From Antedon mediterranea (taxonomy: Eukaryota > Animalia > Echinodermata): a DNA stretch of 64,000 nucleotides. The DNA lies in the NCBI RefSeq assembly GCF_964355755.1, contig NC_092672.1, positions 10,664,001 to 10,728,000 of the forward strand, in the 5' to 3' direction. The notes beneath the pieces are model-generated. The model saw only the letters and a program-made list of their open reading frames with translations. It did no database searches and was not told the origin of the DNA. This document shows, in pieces, positions 24,195 to 37,600 of this stretch. The translations under genes and the position numbers were made by a program. Within the stretch, counting starts at the first letter, position 1, and each line of letters starts with the position of its first letter.

Positions 24195-26980
24195 AGTTGA
24201 TCTTATTCTTTATCTGTGATTAATTATACTCAAATGACTATAGTTTAAAACAGTATTAAACGGCATCTTACATTAATGTTATTTGCTGTTTATTCGAAGT
24301 TTATCCTATTCTTTATCACTGTGCTCAAATATACCAAAATGACTATAGTTGAGGACAGTGTTAAACTGGATCGTACATTAATGTTATTTGTTGTATATTG
24401 TTAAGTTTATCCTATTCTTTATCACTGTGCTCAAGTATACCAAAATGACTATAGTTGAGAACAGTGTTAAACTGGATCGTACATTAATGTTTTTTGTTGT
24501 ATATTGTTAAGTTTATCCTATTCTTTATCACTGTTCTCAAGTATACCAAAATGACTATAGTTGAGAACAGTGTTAAACTGGATCGTACATTAATGCTATT
24601 TGTTGTATATTATTAAGTTTATCCTATTCTTTATCACTGTGCTTAAGTATACCAAAATGACTATAGTTGAGAACAGTGTTAAACGGGATCGTACATTAAT
24701 GTTTTTTGTTGTATATTGTTAAGTTTATCCTATTCTTTATCACTGTTCTCAAGTATACCAAAATGACTATAGTTGAGAACAGTGTTAAACTGGATCGTAC
24801 ATTAATGTTTTTTGTTGTATATTGTTAAGTTTATCCTATTCTTTATCACTGTTCTCAAGTATACCAAAATGACTATAGTTGAGAACAGTGGTAAACTGGA
24901 TCGTACATTAATGCTTTTTGTTGTATATTTTTAAGTTTATCCTATTCTTTATCACTGTGCTCAAGTATACCAAAATGACTATAGTTGAGAACAGTGTTAA
25001 ACTGGATCGTACATTAATGTTTTTTGTTGTATATTTTTAAGTTTATCCTATTCTTTATCACTGTTCTCAAGTATACCAAAATGACTATAGTTGAGAACAG
25101 TGGTAAACTGGATCGTACATTAATGTTATTTGTTGTATATTATTAAGTTTATCCTATTCTTTATCACTGTGCTCAAGTATACCAAAATGACTATAGTTGA
25201 GAACAGTGTTAAACGGGATCGTACATTAATGTTATTTGTTGTATATTGTTAAGTTTATCCTATTCTTTATCACTGTGCTCAAGTATACCAAAATGACTAT
25301 AGTTGAGAACAGTGTTAAACGGGATCATACATTAATGCTATTTGTTGTATATTATAGGGGGTTACCCCGGTGAACTGGTTCACACAATAGCCCATGTATC
25401 AGGGGGATTACGACCTATCTGATAGGACAGTGATTAATTCACTATTGGTAATCCTTGGCCACATTGCCAAAAGACATAAAATAAAATAAAATAAATAAAA
25501 TAAATTATTAAGTTTATCCTATTCTTTATCACTGTGCTCAAGTATACCAAAATGACTATAGTCGAGAACAGTGTTAAACAGGATCGTACATTAATGTTAT
25601 TTGTTGTATATTATTAAGTTTATCCTATTCTTTATCACTGTTCTCAAGTATACCAAAATGACTATAGTTGAGAACAGAGTTAAACTGGATCGTACATTAA
25701 TGTTATTTGTTGTATATTGTTAAGTTTATCCTATTCTTTATCACTGTGCTCAAGTATACCAAAATGACTATAGTCGAGAACAGTGTTAAACGGGATCATA
25801 CATTAATGTTATTTGTTGTATATTATTAAGTTTATCCTATTCTTTATCACTGTGCTTAACTAAAGCAAAATGACTATAGTTTAGAACAGTGTAAACTGGA
25901 TCGTACATTAATGTTATTTGTTGTATATTATTAAGTTTATCCTATTCTTTATCACTGTGCTCAAGTATACCAAAATGACTATAGTCGAGAACAGTGTTAA
26001 ACGGGATCGTACATTAATGCTATTTGTTGTATATTATTAAGTTTATCCTATTCTTTATCACTGTGCTCAAGTATACCAAAATGACTATAGTCGAGAACAG
26101 TGTTAAACGGGATCATACCGTAATGCTATTTGTTGTATATTATTAAGTTTATCCTATTCTTTATCACTGTGCTTAAGTATACCAAAATGACTATAGTTGA
26201 GAACAGTGTTAAACTGGATCGTACATTAATGTTATTTGTTGTATATTATTAAGTTTATCCTATTCTTTATCACTGTGCTCAAGTATACCAAAATGACTAT
26301 AGTCGAGAACAGTGTTAAACGGGATCGTACATTAATGCTATTTGTTGTATATTATTAAGTTTATCCTATTCTTTATCACTGTGCTCAAGTATACCAAAAT
26401 GACTATAGTCGAGAACAGTGTTAAACTGGATCGTACATTAATGCTATTTGTTGTATATTATTAAGTTTATCCTATTCTTTATCACTGTGCTCAAGTATAC
26501 CAAAATGACTATAGTTGAGAACAGTGTTAAACGGGATCGTACATTAATGTTATATGTTGTATATTGTTAAGTTTATCCTATTCTTTATCACTGTGCTCAA
26601 GTATACCAAAATGACTATAGTTGAGAACAGTGTTAAACTACATCGTACATTAATGTTATTTGTTGTATATTGTTAAGTTTATCCTCTATTCTTTATCACT
26701 GTGCTCAAGTATACCAAAATGACTATAGTTGAGAACAGTGTTAAACGGGATCATACATTAATGTTATTTGTTGTATAATGTTAAGTTTATCCTATTCTTT
26801 ATCACTGTTCTCAAGTATACCAAAATGACTATAGTTGAGAACAGTGTTAAACTGGATCGTACATTAATGTTTTTTGTTGTATATTGTTAAGTTTATCCTA
26901 TTCTTTATCACTGTGCTCAAGTATACCAAAATGACTATAGTTGAGAACAGTGTTAAACGGGATCGTACATTAATTTTATC
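24195..26980 (-). repeat. 106-bp satellite array in reverse orientation, ~24-25 copies
   Basis: Reverse complement of the 18900-22910 unit. Confidence 0.97.
25356..25503 (+). mobile_element. 5'-truncated retroposon (LINE/SINE 3' end) inserted in the satellite
   Basis: Unique ~150 bp segment ending in (TAAAA)n; ATTAT is duplicated on both sides within one monomer. Confidence 0.7.
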
Positions 26981-27414
26981 CTTTGCTTTACTGTGCTTTG
27001 ATTTGATAAGCAAGTTTGGTTGCCCCGCCCCCATATGCTGCCTACTAAATTAGGATTCCCTAGCTTTTCTATAAAAATTGAAGTACCCACAATGCACGTT
27101 ATACGGAAGGCATAGTCTTGTAAAATACAGACACAATAGTTTTTATCGTATTGTTTTCATTTAAATATCACTAAGATTGTCTTAAACTACAAACAACTAA
27201 AATTAGTGAAGGTATGCAAGTGTTTCTAAATATTTATTACTGGTAGTATTAATACAATTTGGATTATATCATTTTCCAGAAAGGTAGAAAAAAACATAAA
27301 ATAGTTGAGAATTCTCAACTAGCCAGGATGGTATAGGAAATATAGCTCAATCTGGACTAGTCAATAATGGCTTTCTGTGTGTAGAGTTTCTAAAGTGCGC
27401 CCTCCTAATTTCTT

Positions 27415-27592
27415 CACGGTTGATTGGCGTTCAAAGAATGACGTCAGATTATATTTTGAGAAGATAAAATAAAAGAGAAAGTAAACAAAGAAAATGTTGT
27501 CAGTCAGCAGAAGCTATCCTGAAATAAACACACATTACTTGGTAAATGAGTAGATGAGAAGGTGTAAAGTAGTTCAGATTATATCAGTAAGT
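27415..27592 (+). promoter_or_regulatory. Candidate promoter and non-coding first exon of the Dispatched-3-like gene
   Basis: Inverted CCAAT (GATTGG ~27422), perfect CRE TGACGTCA (~27439) and donor CA|GTAAGT at 27587. The ATG-bearing exon begins with an acceptor at 31672, so an upstream exon is expected. Confidence 0.4.
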
Positions 27593-30500
27593 GTTTATCC
27601 TTCATTTGAGGCAGTTTGTTTGCCATCACCAATACAGACAAGGCTGAGTAGGCCTAGGCTAGCCTGTGTTGTTAAAAAGGTATGTTGTTATTGTTAATTC
27701 ATTGGTCTCTCCGTCGTCACGACGGACGTCAAGAGGGAAGAGGTTAATACATACTAGTTTACTCCTGTACATTTTTTGACAACAACAAGGGGTATTCCAT
27801 AAATGAATAGATTATTACTACAGTACTGTATTAATTAGGCCTACCCTTCTTCTTCAAAATTATTCTTGTGTATATTTTTCTGTCTGCTTTTCTTCTGTTT
27901 TGTACTCTCTTCTGTGTGTAAATCATGTCTGTTTTAAAAAAGAAATATGTTATTAGTTCACTATAATTAGGACTTGTAATTACTTTTAAATTAAAATAGA
28001 CTCCAGACCACATGATGGTACCGTAGACATTATTTAACAGTACATTTTCATTAAAATCTTGAATGAAATTAAAATTAAAATCATACATTCTTGATAATTT
28101 AATTATTACATTAATTAATGTATATTTTTATGATTTACAATTACCGTATATATATATTTTTTCTGCCAAACAAAAAGATGTATTTTTTATAAACTCTAAA
28201 CAGTAATACTTATCACAGGAAAGAAAATAGTCACAGCACGAGGTATAACATTGTTTACATACCTGGCCACCGTAATAAAAATCAGCTGGATTGAAACTTG
28301 TTTTTATTATTACTTTAGTTAATATTTTCCAATCTTTAATAATAATAATAATGGAAATTTGTAAAGCGCAAGCATCCGTCTAAAAAAAAGATGCTCACTG
28401 CGCTACTGACAACAAGGAACATGAAAAAAGTTACAAATCTTAAAGACAACATACTGTTCATTACAAATACGCTACAAGTTTTCTGGATAAGACATGGTGA
28501 ATAAGTGATTTTTTAAGCTAGACTTGAATGCATATAAATTATAATACTAGAGAGAAGACTTCTATTATTATTTTATTATGATAATGTATTGTAATGGACA
28601 AATGAATCATCAGTAGTACAGTAGTTTTTATATAATAATAATAATAATAATAAATAATAGTAAGATTTATAGAGTGCACATATCCACAAAGTGCTCAAGG
28701 TGCTTGTGAAAACCATGAGAAATGCAACCAAGAAACTAAAAACAAAATATTTGCAAAAAAAAAAACAAAAACGGAAAAAAGAACTTTTAACATACAATTG
28801 AAACAACTTGTGTGGATATCTGTGTTATTTTTCCAGTTTTTCAATCAATGCATTTAATAATTAATAAAATTGTAGATATATTGTATAGCGCCTAAAAACC
28901 CTCCTGAACAGTAAGTGCCATGGCCGTTTATTTGAATACGCTGTAAATATGGTAGGTACTAGCATGTGAAAAATTACTGTATAATTTACTAACTGCTATT
29001 TTTAGTAATTTACACATTGTTGTTAAAATGTTCATCTCCAAATTTAATAACTGTTTTTACAATTATTAAATATTATTTAACAAATAATTTGAAACGAAAA
29101 TTATATATGATTTATGAATCTCCTGCCATTTTGCTTTTGTACTTTTTTTGTAACCGCCATCCAAGGTCCAAAAATATATAAAAAATCATTTCAAATAACA
29201 TCTGCTAACATCTGCTTTTGGAATTTGACTTTAAAAATGAGATTTAAATTTTAATCAGATTATGACAATTTATGTATTATTTCCTTCCTGCTATGTTTGT
29301 ATTGCCTTTGATGTGATTCCATTCCAGACATCTGTAGCCAGCAATTACTACTAGTGTATTGTCTTTGTCCACATTCTTATTGTCATAATCTGTAGACCTT
29401 GCAATGTTTATTACTTACACAATGGACCTATAATTAATAATAGGTCCATGCTTACACACCATAGAGTTCTATGCTTACACACACACAGTGAAATACATGT
29501 TTATTTCATTAATCCCAAACTGTCCATCACAAGTTCCTTTGCAAGTTCGTCTTTTCTGTAAATTTGTTTGTCTTTTGAAAATGTTACATACAATGTTATG
29601 AAAATAATAAATAAATATTGGTGTTAAATTGAGAGTAAAGCTGTGTTCCAAACTTTAACTGATAATTAACTATATAGGCTTAAAAATTAACTCCATAGTT
29701 AACTGAAATAGTACCTGTGGAAACAGGGTACATTCAAGAAAAATGAACTAATAATTATCTCATTCAAATCATATAATTATCTGATAATGAAATCATTTTT
29801 TACCTTTGACCTGACAAATTGTTGTTCATTGGCCACTTTATTCAATAATGACATAAACATGCTAATCTAATTGGTTAAAACATTATTACTAATTAGCAAT
29901 AATTTTGTTTATGGCTAGCTAGCTGCAGAAACACTGCCTAAAGATGTTTTTTAGTGGTAGGCTATAAAGTATAACTGACGTTTAAACGTTCCCTCCCTAA
30001 ACATAAACATCAAGTACAGAATTTCTAGCCAAAAATTAGATATTTTCCAAAAGAAATTTAATTTATGCAAACTAGAGTACTAAGGGTCTGTTTCTCCTAA
30101 ACATAAAAAAACGGTTTTTAAGAAACCGGTTTTATAGTAATTTGTTGTAATAAGACCATTTATTTAAAAAAAAATTATTTATAGAGAGTTAGACAAATGA
30201 ACTTAGATACATTTGAGACCACAATTGAGTTGCAGCAAAGAAATTATTAATTTTTAAACGTTTTTGTGAGACCGCAATCAATTGGGTTTTTAAAACCTTT
30301 TTTTTCCAATCAGAAATCCATTTTTAGTTTGGCCAGTAGTGCCATTTATAGTTCTAGAAAAAAAATAGATTGACGAAAAACAGTTTTAATTATTCTAGGT
30401 AAAATATTGTTATATTCCATTTGTTTCACATTTTTAAACTAAAGCACACATTCATTCAGTTGCAAGCCTCTAGAAACAAAAGAAGGCCAATATCCTATCA

Positions 30501-31685
30501 TTATATTGTTTTTAGTTTCTAACTGTATTATTTTGTTGTTAAAATTTTATAACCACAATTTTTTTTCCAGATCGTAGTGTACCTTTCACTTGTTAAAACA
30601 ACAAATTGTTTCACCGAAAACAGGAAACTGTAAAACCAGTTAATGTACAGTATATCACTGCATCAGATGTTCTCGATTAAATTCTGGAAAAAATATTGCT
30701 CATTTCATCGAAAAACCGGAATCTATTGTGGTTTTTTAAAACCCTATTTATATACTGTAAAGACCCCCACAACTCCTTAAACTGTTTAATGCAGCTATAC
30801 AGTACAAATAAAATAAACTCTATGTTATATTTATAACAAATAACCATTTATTTTCACAGAACTTAATTTAAATTAAGGGTGTGAAATTTTATAAACATTT
30901 TGATTACCAATATTGATTAAGTCTAGCTTCGCCTTTAAATAATTATTAAATGTTTCTTTCTTTCACACTAAACACACAAAAATGATTCATATTTAAAATA
31001 AGAAAATTAGGGAAAGCTAAAAATGGTTGTTACTAAAGTTATAGCTACATTCTTACTGGTACTAAACTGTCTTTTTTAATTGAAGAATGAATTAATTGAA
31101 AATAATTAAAATAGATTGTAGTTACATGGTACCCTGTTATTTTAAATTTTGCTGGGTTGAACAATGTGACAAAATACATTGTGTCTTTGCATTGTCATTG
31201 TGAATACATTGAATCATGGAGAAATTCCATTATGCCACTTTTCCAAACAGTAATTGTGAAATAAGCTTTGTTTTCAAACCATTTATTAATATACAACATT
31301 TTGACAATAATAATTTACAATCAATTTCAGTAATATAATGAACTATGCAAATTTGAATTGTTAAATTTGTACAAAAAATGGAAAAGACCAACTAACTGTA
31401 TTATACTATAGTCTATTTCATGAGTACAATTTAAGTACAATACTTAGATAGGAAAATGGAACTCTGTTCAGGCACAGTAGGGCCTTATGAACATCTCTCA
31501 CGGATGACCATTGTAGTAGTGTACAGTGTAATGTAGGTAAAATGTCTCTTTCATAGACTACCAATACCATTGTTTTTGTATTGTGTAATATAATGTATTG
31601 CACATAAAAAGAAGAATGTGAAGTATAGAACTATATATTATTTATTTTTACCTATGTTTCATTGAATTTCAGATCTTACTGTAGA

Positions 31686-34600
31686 ATGTCTCGGCTTCAG
31701 TTTAACACCGGTTCTGTGAACTTTGACATGGACTATGATGATGAACCAACATTTCAATATGAGGCTGGTAGTGTCCAATCAGAGTCTACAACATCAATTG
31801 CCAGTTCTGAGACAACGTCTGAAGATGACATCCTTAACGAGGACATTTTACACAGCCTTCAAAACACACGCGGAAATCTGTGGGGAGGGTTTGATGTTAA
31901 GAGATTTTCCAATAGGTCCGATTTTGAATATAAAATTAAACTTGGCCGATTTTGGAAACTTTTAGGAAACTTATTTGTCCGTGTAAACGTTGGAGTTGTT
32001 GTGTTAATTGTCAGTTTTTGTTTACCAGTGACGTTAATGGGACTATCTATGTTTTATATTAAACCTGTTCCGCATTTTGACATTTCGCTCGATGCGTTTG
32101 AAATCCCTAATCATGTGACTTCAATTCGACAAGAATCGTTAAATTTAGCACGAAAAGAGATGATAGCCGGATTAACACTAGAGAGTAATAAAGCAAAAAG
32201 AAGCATAGGAGGAAGTGCAATAGATAGAATAGCAAATAGACGATTGCGGAGGAAAGTTGATGAGGCTACATTCCCACCACGAAATTCCATGTGGCGTATG
32301 GAAGTTGTGTTCGTCGCGCAAGGAGATAATAATTTAAACATTTTTACAGAAGAAAGACTTGAAACAATACATGAAATTGAAATGAAGATTATGAACCATA
32401 AAGATTTTAGTAGATTTTGCTCCAGATCAATGTCTTCTAGAAATGACCCTGCTCTAGCTAAGTACCACTACTGTTCACCTTTGAACTCTCTGATGACTTA
32501 TTTTTACCCCAGTAAAATTGGAAACAATGTAAGTTTACCATAATATTAATTGATGAGAAATTGTGGATAGGCCTTAATTTTCTAATACTCACACTAAATT
32601 ATAATGAATCGTCCCGGCCGACTGTGGTTAAAAGCCCTGATAATATGTTCCTGACTTCAAACAACCAAAAACAGATTTAACGTTTTGTGGTGTATGGATC
32701 AGTGATTCTAGGTATAATAAACATCATTTAGAAAATTTCAAGTAATTCCAAAAATTGAGATTGGTAAAAAAGCATGAGATTTTACAGTATGTGTGTGGCA
32801 TGGGAGCTTGCGGTTAGGTCTCACGGCAGATGCGTGGGCCTCCGGCTTGACGTGTATGGCGATGTGTGATGCTTGATCGCTGTCATAATGAAAATCACTT
32901 ACTACTACTGTATACTAATCATTTGCTATTTGATGTATCAACACTTCACTTTTAATGCTATCATGAAATTGAAATCTTCTTTACTGTCAATTTTATCTGG
33001 AAACTATACCCATATAAAGTCATCAATAAACAAAAAATTATATGGTTAATTAAAGACCTGTCGTTGAGTAACTTTCTTGGCCCTATGTTGTTGATTGTCT
33101 TTTCGTTTCATAGTACAACTCTATTTTAAATTTAATTATTTGAAATACAATAAAATACTAATTATTGTGTTGTTGATTCATGATTTTCATTGCAGATCAG
33201 GTATGATGGTATGGGAAATGAACTTGCCAACATAGATGGAGCGCTTGAAATGGCGATGTCGAGCGAGAACGTGTACTATTATGTTGATCAAAATATGAAT
33301 AGTACAAACAAACAAAGCTCACTTTTACGGACTGAGGTAAGCAAACAAACTGTAAACTTTATCACGGTGTTTTTTAAAATGTCGTCATTATTTACAACTG
33401 TTGTATGTAAAATCTAGAAGCTGACAGACAATTTTACCCTTTACCTGCTATTAAAAACCGTTTATACTATAATATCTCATTTTTCTTCTTTTGATCAACA
33501 AATTGCCCAATGTTATTGTTATTTTGTGTGTCAACATGTTAGGTCAACCGTTACTAATCCATCCATGACGTAAACCATAAAATTAGCAACAGTTTTTTGT
33601 TCACAATTTCCTTATTTAATCTACAAATTTCCAAATATATATATTGAATACAATTGAAATTGCAGTCCCCCAGTTGCCAACAATTTTTGGACCAGCTCAT
33701 GGGTGTCCAGTATTTTGAGAGTTTGCTTTCTGTGTAGGCTACTGAAAGTAGGACTTTTCTACTCGTACAGTACAGTAGCGAAGCTGTAGCTTTGTAGTTA
33801 ACATTCAGTTCATTTCATTATTTCTTTGGTCTATCTAAGTATATACATAACAAAAAGAAACTGAAATTGGGGAGACCAGGGTCAACCTAAGTGAACTTAA
33901 TCACTGTAGCTGAGCCGGTTGACCCAACCCCAGTCAGTTTACACAGAAAGGACATAAAGACAAAATACAGTTATTCTTGCCTTCCAATCCCAAGGTCCAA
34001 AGTTCAAGCCTGGCCTAGTACCACAACTCTATAAACTTCACTCCCTAAACCATATTTGAAACTTTATTAGCATAATCATAGAGATAGGCATAATAAATTA
34101 CAAAATAGTTTATTCACCCTGTAATTGGCAAGTTACTCATTATTGGATGAAAATAAAACCACAAAAAAAGAGTACTTCTATTCATGAAATGTGAAGGTTA
34201 CAGTGGCTGGAGCTCAATTTAGAACAAAAAAAACCAACAATTTGAATAAAAATATATTTAAACTCGGCAGAAGGAAATAAGAAGCATTGGAAAGTGCTAT
34301 TTGCTCGCTACTACTATGAAATGCCCGTAGTTACTATGGAAAATTGGACGACGTGTACAGAAATGGAAATAAATTTGGCCTACAGTAAATTTGTAGTAAA
34401 CCCTGGTAAAACGTGATTATTATAATAAAATCAACAACAAACAAAATGTGCTCATAGCCAATAAGGATGGAGCTTTGATGAGCCATTAGTATTACGAAAA
34501 GTGAAGACTACAGTGAAAAGCTAAGAACTCTGCGTTTGACAGTATCCAAATAACGAATGACATAATTCATGATAGGTGTGTTATTATACAGATATTGCCT

Positions 34601-37600
34601 GTTTAGAGGTGATTTCACATTCCAGAGGGACTGATATTTTGCTCGAGGAAATATATTTCCCAAAGCATATATAGTCATGTGATGCAGTTTCAACCAATTA
34701 CGTTCACGTATTAACATAGGCTATGTATAAAACAAAAATGTGAAAATATAACAAAATTATCATCTTTCACCAAATGATTCCACATCTTGTATAGATCCCA
34801 TGAATTAATCAAAATCATAAAAACTATTAACTACTGTATTTAAGTGTTTTTTTTCTTAATTAGTACATTGCTCTCCAAAAATGTTAGTTTTGATCAACTA
34901 CCATTTTGAATATTATTTATTATACGCCAAGCAAAAAAATATTTTTTTGTCCACAGCGAAATTTTATATAACATCAAGCTACTATTGTGCAGTTATTTTA
35001 ATATGACTAACAACCATCCAATCAAATGACCAGTATCTAGATTGTGTGTTGATAGATAATACCTTGGAGGTGTAATGCAATGAATACATCAAAGGAGGCA
35101 AGCTAGTTGAATCTCCTTCTTTTTTATACCTCCATGATAATACATACTTAGAGGAAACAGTTTTACATTAAATATTTAATTTTCAAGGAACAATAGCTTA
35201 AATTTTGTGGCTTAAGTTGGATTACCCAATTTTATTGAATTGGTGAAGGAACAAAGTCGAGTAAATTATTATCACATTCAGGATTTTAGGATTGTCTACT
35301 ATTTCCATCAGCACTAATAGTCATTACAAGGAAATTCTTTTTTTACACATAGCCTGCAGGTGATATTTAGAGTGACACTATTAATCAATGTGTATACCTG
35401 TTATTGTATTCAATACAAAAACTACACAGTTTAAAGTATACCATTATCAGTGTTCTCCCCAGGATTCATATCAAGCGTCACGCTTCGGGGGGGGGGGGGG
35501 GGGGGGTCATTCCGACACTAAGTACTTGAGTCATAACGGCGTTATGCTCTGTCTATCTAACAATATCAAACGAGATTGACAAAAAAGTGTGATGTGCCCA
35601 AATATAGTAGTGATATGACATTAAACACATGTCTATTATATGGGCACATCACATTGTTTTGTCACTTAAAGTTTGATAGTGTAGACAGAGCTTTGTTATA
35701 TCAAATTATAGACATTTCTACACTAGAACTAGTTTGACAAAAAATTATGATGTGCCGAAATATGGTAGTAAATTGCCCAAATATGGTAGTGATATGACAT
35801 CATCATGTCCATATATGGGCACATCACATTTTGTTGTCACATAACGTTTGATAGTGCAGACAGAGCTTAAGAAGCAAGGTGTGGCTGTAGTGGGTGTGGT
35901 CATGGGTGTGGTCGTTGGCTGCTATGTTACCACACTATAATAACTATGGTCCTGTTTTTGCTGCTGCGAAAAATAACCGGTTATTAACCGTGTGAATAAA
36001 TTAACCCCAATTTCTTAGCAGTAGAAACAGGACAAATTTTCAGTAACCAGTTAAATTGTGTTAGAAAACCATTTAACCAGTTATTACTGTGCAAATTATA
36101 TTTGATTGACAGTCGCTGGACTTGACTCAGCTACACTGTAGTAACGTTTGAATTGGCTGCCAGTGCCCATTGCATTTTAGGTATTAATAACGATATTCAT
36201 CAACGAACACCCACTGATTTAAACGGTTATTTTATGACCACAAATTTAGCAGAGATGCAGTTGATATAAAATAATTGTTAAAGCAATTTTGAAATTATTC
36301 TATGCAGCAGAAACACTACCCTATTTGTTTGTGGAGTGTGATATATTTATAAGGAAATAGTTAAAAAGTAACTATTGATGATCTAGAGACTGTATATAGC
36401 CAGTAAACATATTCTTCACATAGACCAAAGCCACATCCTAAAATAATGTGTAAACAATTTTCACCCTTACTGTAATACACAATATAGAATAGACAATAAA
36501 TAACAAAATCGATTGTGTGGAGTAGTAATATTCATTTTAATTATTGATGTTATTTTCTGAACTACTGTGTGCTTGAAATATTTATTATCTTCATTATACT
36601 ATATTTATGAGCACGCAAACAAATACAGTGCTGTTAATAAAGTACTGTATGTAGTAAAGTCTGGTTATTGTATTGATTCTATCCAATGATGTTAACTGGT
36701 ATATCGCCTGTCATAAATAAAAGCAAACTTTACAGATTTTATATTGTAAAAAAATAGAATATTTTGCTAAAGTCTATGGATATATTGATTTCTCAGTAAA
36801 ATTTGAAAAAATAATTGTTCTCTAGTGGAGTTTTGAACCCATAAACGCCAGAGAATACCAAGTTTAGCTAGCTCAGCTAGGTTTAATGTTTTCATGCCTT
36901 ATTCCATGATGAAAAATCAGTATATAGTGTTTGAATCTCTTACTGTTGACAGAAACAATGTACGACACAGATTAACTTAATGTACAGTACATGCAAGACT
37001 CTGTAGGCTAGCCAATGTCCTTTGTTGTCCGTGTTAAACTTCCTTTCACAATGCTCAATAACATTACCGTATTTTAATAAGTAAACATGTCAGAGCTTCT
37101 ATTCAATAATGAATACAAATCATATTATTTATTTTCTGTTCTAACATGGACTTGTATTCAATTAATCTGCTGCTTTCATGTTTAATCAATGTTGAAAGCT
37201 AGATTGGAGGCAAGGCCAATAAAAATACATCGTTTTGATTTTCGCTGTCACCACGCACACTACAGGTTGAATTTTAAATCACCAGCCTTTAAATTAAATT
37301 AAAGGATATTATCCGATAATTAAAAGAAAATTTCTAAAAAAGCTACAGTGATAACAGAACAATAGAAATTTTACTAAACAGAAATACTGAACAACACTAT
37401 GTATCAAATGGTACACATTAATCAATGGTTTTATAACATTTAGCTACTAAAGCAGCAAGCCCAGTGTGATATTGGCAACAAATTCCATCTTGGGAGACCT
37501 TTAAGATATTTTTATATATAAAATATAAGATTAACATTAATATCAAGGTATTATCAGCTTAAAAAAAACTAATAAATTCTCTATTACTATAACATTTACT

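Larger units (their letters stand above)
18589..27331. mobile_element. Foldback-like non-autonomous DNA element (~8.7 kb) with satellite-filled inverted arms
   Basis: Ends TATA|CCAAATTGGCTAGTTGAGAATTCTCAACTATT and AATAGTTGAGAATTCTCAACTAGCCAGGATGG|TATA are inverted repeats. The internal 106-bp arrays are in opposite orientations. No transposase ORF is present. Confidence 0.7.

Noticed and set aside
18900-26980. CRISPR-like array
   Set aside because: The units are contiguous and nearly identical with no unique spacers; the context is eukaryotic and there are no cas genes.
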